Shown here one piece after another: positions 22,693 through 36,884 of a DNA stretch of 64,000 nucleotides (positions are counted from its first letter, which is position 1; each line of letters starts with the position of its first letter). A program made the position numbers and the translations under genes. The notes below the pieces were generated by a model. It made no database searches and was not told the DNA's origin. It saw only the letters and a list, made by a program, of their open reading frames with translations. The stretch is from Octopus vulgaris. Taxonomy: Eukaryota. The DNA is taken from positions 65,224,001 to 65,288,000 of the forward strand of contig OX597824.1 of the NCBI GenBank assembly GCA_951406725.2, in the 5' to 3' direction.

Positions 22693-24119
22693 GTAAGTTT
22701 TGAATAATTTCAATTTTGGTTAATTTTCAGTTCAGACAACTTTGCAAATCTTGGTGCAAAATGCAGAATACTTTTGGTTGTAAGTAGAAATGACTATTTG
22801 AAAAGAGTTGATGTATTAAAACAGCAGAGCAGATGAATTTCCTGTGTTATGAGCCTCATCTTTCAGGTTTTTGTATTTTATACTGTTTTCATTGAGCTAA
22901 TATTCAATCCTCATCTGGTGCCTTATTCCTAAATATTATATACACTGACCTATAATGAGTTTGTAGTTTTATTTCTGAAGCAGGGTTTCCAATGTTCTTG
23001 AATATTTTGCTACACTACATACATTTTAGAAGAAACCACCTGAAAAACTATCAGCGATTGTACTAGCTTAAGTAAAGTGTAAATACATGCAAACATGGCA
23101 GATAAAATGAATTGTGCCAGAAAAATTTATATTATTACATTTACTCATTATCTGAGAAACATTGAGAAGAACTAAAGTAGTGTATTCCAGTTTGCTATGT
23201 TTTTTTAATATTGGAACTCCTGAGTCCATATACCTTCCTTTTCATATTTCAACTGTCTTTGAAAAGTTTGTTTGTATTACTAGTTGACCCAAATCTACTA
23301 AAGTCAGTGTACCTTAGTTAAAAAAACAACAACGAAAAACAAACTATGATTGATTGATTCTAGTTTCAGCTCATGAGCTGTGGCCATACTGTTGCAGTTT
23401 ATTTCTAAAAGACCACATTTCCTAAAAGAAGAAAGGAAAGAAACCCCCTCTCCTATGAACTTAATTTTCTTTATGTACCTGACATAGTGTGTACAGGATA
23501 GACAGATACATTCACCTGTTAGAATATAGAATGATGGGGTTCCATTTGCCTTATAAAGGGTAGTATAATGAATTCATAATATTCTATCTTGTTAATGTTG
23601 ACCATTCTAAACTCAACTGAGCTAAGGCTGTATATCTAATCAAGATATATTGACTGCTCTACAACTAAATCAAGTGTTAACATTGACATTAACTGTGCAT
23701 TGTAATTTAAAGTCTTCATATGTCTGTTTGTCTCAGTCTGTGTCTCTGCATGTGGCTGTGTGCTAATAATAATAATAATAATAATAATAATCGTCGTCGT
23801 CGTCATCATCATCATCAACATCCATTTTCCAATAAAAAAAAACAAAAGAATAATGAAATTAGGAATTACATTAAAATATGTGTTCAAGATTTGTGTGTGT
23901 GTGTGTGTGTGCATATGCATATAGATGTATGGATATATGTATATTATATGTATATACAAAAAGACGAAACTGCAGTATAAGATGAACCGAGTTTGTAAAC
24001 GTTTTTAATTTTCATTTCACTATATATATATATATATGTATACATATATATGTATGTATGTATATGTGTGTGAATATGTGTATATATATGGGTGTGTGTG
24101 TGTATTATATATATATATA

Positions 24120-24460
24120 TACTCTTTTACTTGTTTCAGTCATTTGACTGTGGCCATACTGGAGCACCGCCTTTTGTCGAGCAAATCGACCCCAGGACTT
24201 ATTCTTTGTAAGCCTAGTACTTATTCCGTCGATCTCTTTTGCCGAACCGCTAAGTTACGGGGACGTAAACACACCAGCATCAGTTGTCAAGCGATGATGG
24301 GGGACAAACACAGACGCACAAACATATAAACACACACATACATACTTATATATATATATATACATACATATACATATATACGACATGCTTCTTTCAGTTT
24401 CCGTCTACCAAATCCACTCAAGGCTTTGTTTGGCCCAAGGCTATAGTAGAAGACACTTGC
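24120..24460 (-). mobile_element. SINE family A, 5'-truncated
   Basis: Reverse complement of the 44470-44860 body and tail (GTTTCAGTCATTTGACTGTGGCCAT..., CTTCTTTCAGTTTCCGTCTACCAAATCC). Confidence 0.85.
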
Positions 24461-24844
24461 TCACACACACACACAAATATATAGTGGGTGCCGCTGATAT
24501 ACGAAGTTCCCAGTCTTATTGTTAAAGGCATGAAACTGAATATTAGTATTTTTGGTCGATAACTGATGATGGTCCTTCTGTGTCTGTCCTACATGTACGT
24601 TTTTGTAGTATTTAGTACATTTTTCATTTATTGAGTAACTGAACAGCACGCATCCCAACTTTTGTTAACAATAAGTTTTTGAAATACACACACATGTATT
24701 CTCTTATATATTATCTCAATATTGAGTAAGAATTTATAGATATATTTTATAATACAGCATATACTCTATATGAATGCTACTGTATTATAACTATATTGAA
24801 GTCAAATATCATTATAAGGTTTCAGATTGACTCTATTATTTGAA

Positions 24845-24982
24845 TGGTATTATATTTTCACTATTCCAGAAGGATGGAAGGCAAAGTTGCCCCTCATGTG
24901 GTTTTGAACATAAGCCAAAGGGATATAACTAAATACCCCTAAAATTTTGTGGAATGCTTTCCAAATTCTGCTGATTCACTGC
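24845..24982 (-). mobile_element. SINE family B, diverged
   Basis: GAAGGATGGAAGGCAAAGTTG...AATTCTGCTGATTCACTGC is the reverse complement of the family B head. Confidence 0.6.
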
Positions 24983-25017
24983 TATAAAATAATTTATATG
25001 TAATATATAATTCATAC

Positions 25018-25252
25018 AGGGTGGTGAGCTGGCAGAATTGTTAGCACGCTGGGTGAAATGCTTAGCGGTATTTCGGCTTGCCGTTACATTCTGAGTTCAA
25101 ATTCTACCTAAGTCAACTTTGCCTTTCATCCTTTCGGGGCCGATTAAATAAGTACTAGTTACGCACTGGAGTTGATGTAATCGATTTAATCCCTTTGTCT
25201 GTCCTTCTTTGTCCCCTCTATGTTTATCCCCCTGTGGGCAATCAAGAAATAA
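25018..25252 (+). mobile_element. tRNA-derived SINE family B
   Basis: Head GGTGGTGAGCTGGCAGAATTGTTAGC (A-box-like), GAGTTCAAATTC (B-box-like) and body GCCTTTCATCCTTTCGGGG. Many copies in the window. Confidence 0.85.
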
Positions 25253-26104
25253 ATATATAATTTATATATATATATATATACAAAATGAGAAAATGGAGAA
25301 ATATATCTAAATCAATCATCAACTATCAGATAATACCGAATCAATACTTTATTAAACCACTACACAATAGCAATGATATTATACATTATATATATATATA
25401 TATGTATGTGTGTATGTATGTGTGTATGTGTGTGTGTGTGTGTGTGTGCGTGCATGCATGTGATGTGTATGTATATATATGTAATGTAAATATCTATTAC
25501 ATATATATATATAAATGTATAATACACACACACACTCACACACACACGCACACACACACACACACATACAAAATGTATATATATATGTGCGTATACATAT
25601 GAATTCTTTCACTATGAAGGAAATGTATATATCACATGGACTCATTTTTAGATAGACAAGTGCATATGCATGTACATTAAAGTTGAGAGAGAATGAAAGA
25701 AATAACACAAAATGTAATGATAAACCATACAATTGAGAAAATAGCAGCATGATAAATATCATATTCAGTACTTGGAAGGTCTTCTAAATTAAACAGATGA
25801 CACTGTAGTTATGTTCTACAAATATCTATAAAACTGTCTAACATGTTGATAAAATTATATGAGCAAAAAGCCCATTCAATCAGAAGAAACGCAATGTCTA
25901 CTGTAGTGTGTTTGTAATGTCTTCAAATGATACTTAAAATTGTATGTTGCATGTTGGTTGATATAACACAGGCGGACATAACCATACAAATGCATGCATG
26001 CAGGTGCATATATTCACAAATACACATATAGGCACATTCTCATAACCACACAAACACACACGCACAAACATATATACACATATATATGTTTATAATATAT
26101 GTAT

Positions 26105-26692
26105 ATTCTTTTACTTGTTTCAGTCATTTGACTGCGGCCATGTTGGAGCACTGCTTTAAATCGAACAAATTGATCCCAGGGCTTATTCTTTGTAAACCTA
26201 GTACTTATTCTATCAGTCTCTTTTGCTGATGAGTATCTATCCATTTATGTTTATGGATGAGTATATATCCATTTATGTTTATGTATGTATGTATGTACCT
26301 ATGTGTGTGTGTGTGGCTGTGAGGTAAGAAGTTTTCTTCCCAACCACATGGTTCCAAGTTCAGTCTCACTGCATGGCACCCTTGGCAAATGTCTTCTACT
26401 ATAGCCCTCGGCTGACCAAAGCCGTGTGAGTGGACTTGGTAGATGGAAACTGAAAGAAGTCCATATGTGTGTGTTTTTATGTATGTGGTTATCTACCACC
26501 ACCGCTTGATAATTGATGTTGGTGTGTTTACATCACTGTAACTTAGTGGTTCAGCAAAAGCGACTAATAAAATAACTATCAGGCTTTACAAAAAAATAAT
26601 AAGTACTGGGGTCGATTCATTTGACCAAAATTCTTCACGGCAGTTCTGTTGCATGACTGCAGTCTAATAACTGAAACAAGTAAAAGATGAAA
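26105..26692. mobile_element. Two SINE family A copies in inverted orientation (26105-26228 minus, 26313-26692 plus)
   Basis: Both match the 44470-44860 copy. Confidence 0.8.
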
Positions 26693-26713
26693 GATATATA
26701 TATATATATATAT

Positions 26714-26977
26714 CACCGTGACCGACCAGGCTATCAGATGTTGCTACACATCGCTGGTCACAATGCGCTTCGCTTTGTTTTAGCCTTCAAATGAGGCCAC
26801 CCTGCTGGCTAAGCGAGCAGGCCAACAGAAGAAAGAGTGAGAGAAAGTTGTGGCGAAAGAGTACAGCAGGGATTGCCACCACCTCTTGACGGAGCCTCAT
26901 GGAGCTTTAGGTGTTTTCGCTCAATAAACGCTCACAACGCTCGGTCTGAGAATCGAAACCGCGATCTTACAACCGCG
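26714..26977 (-). mobile_element. SINE family C, 5'-truncated
   Basis: Highly similar to 43106-43372. Confidence 0.85.
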
Positions 26978-27113
26978 TATATTTGATATTTAGCCAACAC
27001 ATGAGACTCTCGGACCTTGAGTCACTCCGTTACTTCTGCTAAATATTAATAAAAATATACATATACTCATATTGGGAGTTCTATTTATCCTGTTTGCACC
27101 AACATACCTATAA

Positions 27114-27159
<46 letters not shown>

Positions 27160-28200
27160 TCATCACCGCTACTATCATCAACAGCAATGCCTATACAATC
27201 ACTGCTATTACTAACTCATCAATTCTTTATGACCAAAGACAACAACCTTACAAACAAGATAAGAAACTCCATCTAAAATGAAAAATTTCTTGAGATTTTA
27301 TGGTGTCCTAGTGTACTTTAAAAGTTGAATGAAATGTCTTTGGTCTTAGGTCAATGAAAATTGACTTGAAACTAAATAGCAACAATAATACCATTAGCAA
27401 GAGTTATATGACCACTATCACCATCAGCAACACTGAAAACAACCAACACTGTTGCTGCTATCAAGTCACTCACTTTTGAATGACTAACTAGAATCAACAA
27501 TTATAGTGTCAGCATTATAGCAATGTCTGTAGCTACATATGATCTGTATCAAACAACTGTGTGTGTGTGTGTGTGTGCATGCGTGTGTGCATGTATGTGT
27601 GTCTCTGCATGAGTGCCTGTGTGTGTGTGAGAGAGAGAGAGTAGAGCTTGGATTTCTTACGGCTCAAGTCTGAGATGCAAAGGGTGAAGTGCCCATGAAT
27701 TTGGTAACCTTACAACTAACTTTATTCATGTAATATTTCCCCTCACCTCACTCAATTTGTAATGGCTAATTTCCTCCTAATTTCCTTTCTTATATCCATA
27801 AGAATAAGATAAGTTTTTATTCTCAAACTGTTTTCTTTATAAAAAACAGTTCTTTTCTGGCACTATATTTTTTTACTATACATTTGTTGTGGATAAGCAT
27901 TGTTTGCTATGTTGTGAGATTTACTTACAATTCAAGGTGTCTGGGAAGAAGCCATCAAGTGGAACTGAAGTTTGTAGTTTAAAAAGAATTACACAGGATA
28001 TAAAATTTGGTGTTTTGAAAATGCTTGGTGTTGGAGAGAAAAAACAGTCATATTATGAAAACTAATGTTTTCACAATGTCAACAGGTGGAACAATATAGA
28101 GCATAAATTAAGTCAAGTGCTCAAGAAGGTACTCAGGTAACTGCTCAGACCTAATTCTTTCATAGATCTAATATGATGCTTAAAGCTCAATAGCTCTTGA
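27160..28200 (+). repeat. Local duplication, copy 1 (unique-looking flank plus 5' part of a Tigger element)
   Basis: Collinear with 30855-31850, e.g. AACTCCATCTAAAAT, AAAGTTGAATGAAATGTCTTTG, GATTTACTTACAATTCAAGGTGTCT, AAGAAGCCATCAAGTGGAA. Confidence 0.85.
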
Positions 28201-28531
28201 TTATATTTAAATAAGTATGTGCGAGTGCATGTACACAATTTAAAATAATTTACTGTGACAAGAAAATTTGTAAAACTATATCCTTTGAAAAATCCAATTT
28301 AAATTGTAATGGTTGATATTTTAAGATGTTTACAGTGTCAATTTGATTATAGATACATTATAATTACCTGTGCGCATGTGTGTGTGCGTGCACACACACA
28401 CACACTTGCGCACACACGTGCACACACACACACACAGTTAAATAATGTTAAAAAAAATACACAATAGTTTAGGAAAAGTTATCGCCATACACAAACATTC
28501 GCACACAAACACATGTATATACTGTAGTAGA

Positions 28532-28775
28532 TCATCATCATCGTTTAACGTCTGTTTTCCATGCTAGCATGGGTTGGATGGTTTGACCAGGGTCTTGGAA
28601 GCCAGGAGGCTGCACCAGGCTCCAATCTTGATCTGGCATTGTTTCTACAGCTGGATGCCCTTCCTAACGCCAACCACTCCGTGAATGTTGTGGGTGCTTT
28701 TTACATGCCACTGGCACAGGTCCAGGGGAAGCTGGCAACGACCACAATTGGTTGGTGCTTTTTACGTGCCACTTG
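28532..28775 (-). mobile_element. RTE 3'-end fragment
   Basis: (ATC)n GTTTAACGTCTGTTTTCCATGCTAGCATGGGTTGG terminus as at 42195. Confidence 0.85.
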
Positions 28776-29177
28776 TATATAAATACATATTTGTGCGAAA
28801 ATCTATGCGTATATGTTTTTTATTATATCTTGAATATATTTACTTTTGATAGTAAGTTACACAAGCATGCACATGCATACACACATACATTCTATATTTG
28901 ACACTGTTCTATATATTTCATGTTATTCATGGTTGAGAAAGAACAATTCCTTGCTTCAGATTCACACATACATTAATAAAATCCTCAGACATAAAAATAA
29001 GTTAGATACTACAATAGACTGAAAATTTGCCAATAAAGATAATTATCATAAAGTTCATTTCATACCTCCTTATTTTAAAGTGATTTCTTTGTGACAAGAA
29101 AATTTCTAAAGTAATGTTCTTTCTTGAAAGCAATTTATTCAATTTGTAATGGCTAATTTCCTCCTATGATGGCCACT

Positions 29178-29395
29178 GTGCTGTTTAGCTCTAGATCAGA
29201 CCTGACTGTAAGATCTTTAACCAGTAGTCAAAGATCTTACAGTTGATAATTCTATCTTATTTCAAGACACAGTGTATCAGTAACACATTATCCAGTGTGT
29301 CTTTTGTCTAAGATGGTGATGTATGGTTTGAGAGAGAGAGAGAGTTGACTGTGATTTCTAGCAACTTAGCCAACCATGTAGGTGCTTACTTGATA
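29178..29395 (-). mobile_element. Interspersed repeat family D (SINE-like)
   Basis: Related copies at ~39580-39785, 46440-46655, 52715-52910, 55150-55530 and 57115-57510 (motifs CTGCTAGAAATAGC and GGGCTAAACAGCAAC). Confidence 0.55.
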
Positions 29396-30129
29396 GGCGC
29401 AGACATAGACATATAGTTGAGTTCTATCTTTTTACTCCAGAAAGGTAAAACTTTTGATAAATAAAAACTGTATGAATAGAAAATGTGTACTAGATTGACT
29501 TAAGTATAGAGGTCAACTGAGCAAAATTCTTGAAGGCTTGTTGTTTTGGTATGACTACAGTCTAATGATTGAACTAAACTTATGTAAGCTAAGTTCAGTT
29601 TAGTACAAATTTCATTCTGTTTGACAAAATTTTGCTACAAATAAGTTACAGATAAATTTACTGTAAAATTATTCTCCACTTAAATTGCTTCAAACATCAA
29701 TATCCAGATAAATCTTTGTTCACAGGAATTAATAAGTTAATATTTATAGTATGGTATATTGTCTATTTTTTACTTAAACTTCCAACTATTTATCTATATG
29801 TTTATATAACACACATTCATGCGTAGGTAGTGACAAATAGGAACAACATGATAGACTAATATAATAATTTATTTCAGCTGGATCAGTTAACTGTGACACT
29901 GGATTTTCTCCGGGTGAGCTATTTATCCTCAGAAATCAACAGAACTAATTAATATCATGTTGAGGGATTCAACAAAATTACAAATGATCAAGGAGAGAAT
30001 GAAGATTTTTGATGTTTTACTATGTATTCCATCTGTGTATGAGATTATCTGTCTGTCTTTGTCTATCATCCATACATACATATACCTACTCTCATAGACA
30101 CATTCACTCTTGTATGCACGCACGTGCGT

Positions 30130-30168
<39 letters not shown>

Positions 30169-30854
30169 TTATATTTAATAGAGACCTTGGGTATGTTAAT
30201 TCACAAGATTTGTTGATTCCTGAGGAGAAGGAAACAAGTTATGACATTCATGTCTTCAATGTATTGCTACGACTTCTGCTATGAATGCAAATTGATTTGC
30301 TGACTTTACTAGTAGCTAGCCTTGATAATTTTTTTTTTTCTTACTATTTGAGCTCATGGTCTGTTGTGATGATCCAGTTTTAAGAAAATAGAGATTAAGT
30401 GTACACTCTACAAAATAGTCATCCTTCTTTGTTATGGCTACTTCAGATTATGGGATTTCATGCTTTTAGAAATTGTAAAATATGAGCACTAATTTGGAGT
30501 TATTGTCTGTAATTTTGCTCTTTTGGAAAGTGGAGTAAATTTTAAGAATTTAAAATCTACACTTCCATTTAGCCAAAAGGCTGCTTCTTGGCCTTTTAAA
30601 TAAGATCAAAGTAGTTAACAAATTGAAAAAATACAATTACATATAACACACACACACATACACACATGTCTGTATGCAAATGTTTACATATGTGTTATTA
30701 TAAACACCTATGAAGTGTGAGGTGGAATTTTGACTGAATATTTGTTTATATATATTTTCTTGGATTTTAATGAGTGTCTGCCTGCCTACCTGCCTGTCTG
30801 TCCATCCATCTCCCTCTCACTCTCTGTTTCTCTCTCTCTCTCTCTCTGTCTTCC

Positions 30855-31850
30855 TTCACCAGCACCCATTATCATCAACACCAATACAACTGTTTTCATC
30901 ATCAAAACCAGTACAATCACTACCATTACCAGCCCACCAAATCCTTAATGATCAACAACAGTAACAATGCTATGAACAGGATAAACAACTCCATCTAAAA
31001 TATAAGACAACAACAGAAATAATGTGGTACTCCAGTGTTTTTAAAGTTGAATGAAATGTCTTTGATCTTAGCTCAATAAAGATTGACTTGAAACTAAACA
31101 TCAGTACAATTAACGAAAACAGTATGACCACTGCTACCTCCAACAATATGCCCACTATCACCAACATGAAAACCAATACAATGAACACCACCTCTACTAC
31201 CACCCAGCAACTTTTGAATAACCAGTTGCCAACACCAATAATAGTATCAGCATGGTAGCAATGTCTGTAGCTTCATATGTTGTATGTCAGTACAGCTGGG
31301 TGTGCATGTGTTTGTGAGAGAGAGTAGAGTGTAGGGCTTTTATGGCTTAAATCATAGGTGCAAGGAGCAAAGTGCTCATGAATCTAGTAACCCTTCAACT
31401 GACTATAATCATACAGTACTTCCTCCCACCTTAATCCTTCACTCTTTCATCTTGTTTCCATTGAAATAAGACAACTTTTTGCACTCACAAAACAGTTCTT
31501 TTCAGGTGTTTTATATTTTACTACAAATATGTTGTGCATAAGTGTTGATTGCTGCTGGTGTTGGATTTACTTACAATTCAAGGTGTCTAGAAAGAAGCCA
31601 TCAAGTGGAAGGAACTATAAAAAAGTTTACTGTGAATATCAAACTTGATGTTTTAACAAGGCTTGATGCAGGAGAATAAAAAAAACCCAGTTACATTGCG
31701 AAAGTATTAAAACTTGCAGTGTCCATTTTGGGAACATTATGTGATAGTAGGGAGAAAATTAAGTCAAGTACTCAAGAAGTTACTACATTTACTGTTTGAA
31801 CCTTATTTTCCCATAGATTTAATATAATGCTTAAAATGGGACAGCTCTGA
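30855..31850 (+). repeat. Local duplication, copy 2
   Basis: Collinear with 27160-28200. Confidence 0.85.
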
Positions 31851-32545
31851 GGTGAATGGATCAAAGATCTGACTCAACTTATTGTGCCAATAAACATGAT
31901 TGTAATTAAAAAAAAGGCAAAAGTTTCTTCAAAGGTTTCCAGAGAAAGGAATGTGAAACTTTTAACAAAAGACCTTTTCTAGCTAGTAAAAGCTGGTTTG
32001 AAAGGTTTAAGATGTGCTTGAATTTTTACAGCGTAAAATTAACTGGTTGAGCTGCCAGTGCTGGTACAAAGGCTGCTACTAATTATCATGAGCAGCTGAA
32101 GAGAAAAAAAAAATTATTGCTCGAAGGAGTTACAATGTTGATGAAACTGCAATTTTCTAGAAACTCATACTTGCAAGTACATTTATTTCTTGAGAAGAAA
32201 AATCAATAATAGGATTTCATGCCTTGAAATGCTTCTTTTAGGAGGAAATGCTACTGGTGATATGAAATTAAGGCCCTTATTTGTGCATCACTTTCAAGAG
32301 TTATGCAATGTTTACTGCCTCTAATTTGGCATTTAAATAAGAAGGCTGTTTCGAAAAGTAGTTTGTAAACATTTTATATCCTGCTGTAGAAAGGTACAAT
32401 ACTACACATAATACTTCCAACATGCTCATTTTAGGTAATGCACTAAGTCACCCATTGATCATAAATGGGCTTTCTGATAATGTGAGAGTAGAATATATCC
32501 CTCAAAATACTTTTTACTGCAGCCAATGATAGTCCTTATATGGTT
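31414..32545 (+). mobile_element. Decayed Tigger/pogo DNA transposon
   Basis: TA|CAGTAC start. HTH-like N-terminus (IKLDVLTRLDAGE). DDE motifs NVDETAIF (~32135), LGGNATGDMKLRPLFVH (~32238) and LGNALSHP (~32431). Confidence 0.8.
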
Positions 32546-33700
32546 GCCAAATAGTTTTAGCTCTTTAGACTTATAAGTGAACTGTTGTAATATATTTTAC
32601 ATACAGTGATTAGTTTCACTACTGATTCTAAAACATATATGTAACATATTGTATGATTAGTACTTATGGCTTATAATAGTTTTAGTGTAGTTTTACAATA
32701 TGATGTTTTTCTTAGGTTGAAATAGGGAACAATGCTTGTTTTTTTTTCCTTTTTACATAACAGCTGTTACAAGCAGTTAGTGACACTTATATCGAAACAT
32801 GTTGCTGAAAAAAAAGTGGGAAAAAAAACAGCAAACAGAATAGTGCTTCTTGACAGTTTTAGATCAATTTTCAATGGAAATTTCATTAGACTATTCTTTG
32901 TTTGTTATCTCCAAGGATTTAATTAAGGATTCTTTTCAGCCCTTCTCATTTCCTCAATATTTTTGTGTCTTGTCATTGATATTTTTGTTTCTTGTTTGTG
33001 ACTTTTTTCTTTTCAAATCTTACACACACACATACACATCTTAGAACAAGTAATTTTATTCAAATACCCCAACTGCCTTTATGTGTAGCTTGTTTTAAGT
33101 TGATTTAAAAACTAAACATGTGTCAGTTGAATTTCCTTAGACACTTGCCTTAAGTGTCATCATAAAGATTGCTCACACTAACTGTTCAGTTCAAAAAACG
33201 AAGAATATTCTTTAAATTTCCTTTGAATTTTGAATAATCTTGAATGATATTTCTTTCTGTTTTTCTTTTACCTTCTTCCCTCTAATTAATTATAGGATGT
33301 TTCTTTTGGTGCTAAGAGTGAAATTGGTTCATAATCTATCAATCTTTAGTTTGAATCACACATAGATCAGATCCCAAGAATGGTAAAAGAAGTATTAGGG
33401 CAGTTTAATTCAGTTAAGAAACAAGTAGATAGATGATGTAGCAGTCAGATGTAAAAGCTGCATGAATACAGAATTGAAAATCAAAATTTTTGTCCTTTAT
33501 TCATGATTCATAATTAAAAAAAGAAATAATTAAAGTGCTTGTTCATTTTGAAAATCTGAAAGTATGCTACATTAAAATGTTATATACTGTGATAAAAGAA
33601 CAAGATGTTCTTGTCATGGTTAGAATGCTTTTGATCATGGGTTCATCTGCAAAAACAATATCTATTTACACTTTTTTGCTATCATTAATGATAATCTTGA

Positions 33701-33918
33701 AGGTGGTGGAGCTGACAGAATCATTAGCACACCTGGCAAAATGCTTATTGGTATTTTTGTGTCTTTATGTTCTGAGTTCAATTTCTGTTGAGTCCATCTT
33801 TGCCTTTTATCCTTTCAGGTTCAATAAATTAGGTACCAGTGAAACACTGGAGTTGATGTAATCGACTAGTCCCCTTCCCCCAAATTTCAGGCCTTGCGCC
33901 TTTAGTAGAAAAGATTAT
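33701..33918 (+). mobile_element. SINE family B
   Basis: Same head and body as 25018. An inverted diverged copy lies at ~34245-34375. Confidence 0.8.
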
Positions 33919-34907
33919 TAATGGTAATCTCTTAAGGCTGAGGAAGATGGGTCTGCAATTTCTTGCTGAACAACCTGCACAGACGATTTGTTTATAGTGA
34001 TCAAATGTTTGTACTGCACATAACCTCACTCTCTCTCAATCAAATCAACATTGCCTGCACAGGTGCATTGTATGCCAGGCATCAGATGTTGCAGTGATTG
34101 CAGTGCAGCATGAGATGAAGTGTTTTGCTCAAGAGCACAATGCACTACCTACTACTTACACCATATGACTCATGCAGATTTATCTTTCATGAGTTATATT
34201 CGTTCCTATGTTTATTCATTTACTTGCAAGTATATTGATTTCTCTAATGTGGGTACAAAGCCACAAATTTTGTGGGAAGGGTGCAGTCAGTCATATTGAT
34301 CTCAGTATTTGGCAGGTATTTTATTTTATTGATCCCTGAAGGATCAAAGGCAAATTTGGCATTGGTGGGATTCAAACACTTACTCTATTTAACATAGTAA
34401 TTCTAAAGATTACTCTGTGTGGAGGAAAATCTAACCAACCATTTTCTTTCTTTTTCACTTAGTATATAAGAAAAGCAGTGTACTCCACTTGTAATGGCTG
34501 TACATGAATTTAGTTAAAAAACAAAGCAAAATATACTGCACAGATTGAATTAGGTATACTTTCTAACTACTTAAAATTATAATTTATAATTTTCCTAAGC
34601 TCAGTTTTTGAGATAGTACAAAAAAAAAAAACAGAAGAAAATTTCACATCTTTATTACATTTGATTTTGATACTCAATCATCATCAAATTGGCAGCATTC
34701 CTAATAAAACAATTGTTGAAAGTTTTGTGAAGGTAGATTCAAACCAGGAAACATTATGTTAAACTAAGAGTAATAAGAATTTTCTTTTCTACTTGGCATT
34801 ATGGATAAAATCATTATAATCTTTAATAGGTGTAAATATTAATGTTATTCTCTTTAATAATATTAAATCCAGAAAATTATAATCTTATCAACAACTCATA
34901 TATGTAT

Positions 34908-35442
34908 AGGCTGTGTGGTAAGAAGCTAGTTTCTCAACGACATGGTTCTGGGTTCAGTTCCACTGAGTGGCACCTTGGGCAAGCCTCAAGTCTACCATAG
35001 TCTCAGGCTGACCAAAGCCCTGTGAGTGGATTTGGTAGCTGGAAACTGAAAGAAGCCTGTCATATGTATCTATGTTTGTGTCTTGGTCCAGTACCGCTTC
35101 ACAAATAGTGTCAATGTGTTTGTGTCACTCTAACTTAGCAGTTTGGCAAAAGCGATCAATAAAATAAATATCAAACTAAAAAATAAACTGGGGTCAGTTT
35201 GACAAAAAAATTTTCCTTGCAATGCCCCAGTCTGATGACTAAAACAAGGAAATAAAAAAAAAAAAAAATGATATATATATATTACACACACACACACATA
35301 CACACACACACATGGCTGTGTGGTAAGAAGTTTTCTTCCCAACCATGTAGTTCCAGGTTCAACAAGTGTCTTCTACCATAGCTTTGATCTAACCAAAGCC
35401 CTGTGAGTGGATTTGGGAGATGGAAACTGAAAGAAGTTGATC

Positions 35443-35490
<48 letters not shown>

Positions 35491-35695
35491 GTGTTTGTGT
35501 GTAACTTTGTGCATGTGCCCCACCACCACTTAACAACTGGTGTTGATGTGTTTACATCCCTGTAACTTTGTAGTTTGGCAAAAGAGACCAATAGAATAAG
35601 CTTTAAAAAAAGGTTCAGGAGTCAATTTATTTGACTAAAACCCTTGAAGGCAGTGCCCCAGCATGGCTGCAGTCAAATGACCGAAACAGAATAAA
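34908..35695 (+). mobile_element. Two tandem SINE family A copies (34908-35250, 35311-35695)
   Basis: Both start GGCTGTGTGGTAAGAAG and match the 44470 copy. Confidence 0.85.
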
Positions 35696-36419
35696 ATATA
35701 AAAAATATTATGTATGATGGGGATGTTTGTGCATTAGATACTTGTAATGAACCACTTGTATATTTAATGACACACATAACTGCAGCAGCTTTATTATAAT
35801 GTCTACATTTATATTAAACCATATTCTTCCCATTTCATCCTTTCATTCTCTCTCTCCTTCCCTCTTCTCTTTTGTCTTTTTATCACTCCTTCCACTCTTT
35901 CCTCTCTCTCTGTTTATACTGCTATTTTATGCTAGGTTCTACAGCATCAATTATATTTTTAGTATTATTCGTATATTATCAAGTCAGTCGGTTCTTCTTT
36001 GACTATTCCTTTTTATTGTTTCCAATTCTTTGAGCACACCGATACGCATCCACATGCTGCACACAATCATACATATGCATACAAGCATACACTCACTCGT
36101 TCATGCATGGAGGAGCACATATGTATTCCACTATCTACTATAACCATTATTACCAGCTGCCAACCAGCTCACAGCTACCACCAACACTATCGTCACCACC
36201 ACCACCATTATCACAATCTCTACTACTGCCATCACTTCTAATGTAATTTTCCAAGAAGTATTCTATAACATTTCTCCTACATCAGACATTTCGTTATATT
36301 GATTGGGTCAAGATGTACTGATGGAATTTGTGTCATCACTGTGATATGAATGAGACACATGGTTTGTGTTCAGTTGAATCTTCATATAACCCATAAAAAT
36401 GTATCTATAACCATTCAGT

Positions 36420-36438
36420 TTTGCTGCTGCTGATGCTG

Positions 36439-36501
<63 letters not shown>

Positions 36502-36550
36502 TCACCACCACCACCACCACCACCTACCACCACCAGCACCACTGCCACCA
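36420..36550 (+). repeat. Compound trinucleotide microsatellite (CTA)n(CCA)n
   Basis: Directly visible. Confidence 0.95.
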
Positions 36551-36884
36551 TTACTTATTATTATTGAAAACATCGCAAACCTGGTAGAGTTGTTAGCATG
36601 CTGAGCAAAATGCTTAGTGGCATTTCATCTGTCTTTGGGTTCTGAGTTCAAATTCTGCTGAAGTTGACTTTATCTTTCATCCTCTCAGGATTAATAAAAT
36701 AAGTACCAGTTGATCACTAGTATGAGAGGCCTGATCTGGCTGTTCAGAACATAAAACAGGTAGAATGTTTTGGTCAGATACAGCCAGTTCAAATGTTAAT
36801 GGGTTAAATTTTGTTGGGGTTGATATAATAAAGTACCTGTCATGTATTAGGATTACTGGTTTTGACTAACTCCTCCTCTTGTGC

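Noticed and set aside
24525-24580. Permuted hammerhead candidate (GAAA...GTC...CTGATGA)
   Set aside because: Only 5 nt lie between the triplet and the CTGATGA box, so stem I cannot form, and stem II does not pair.
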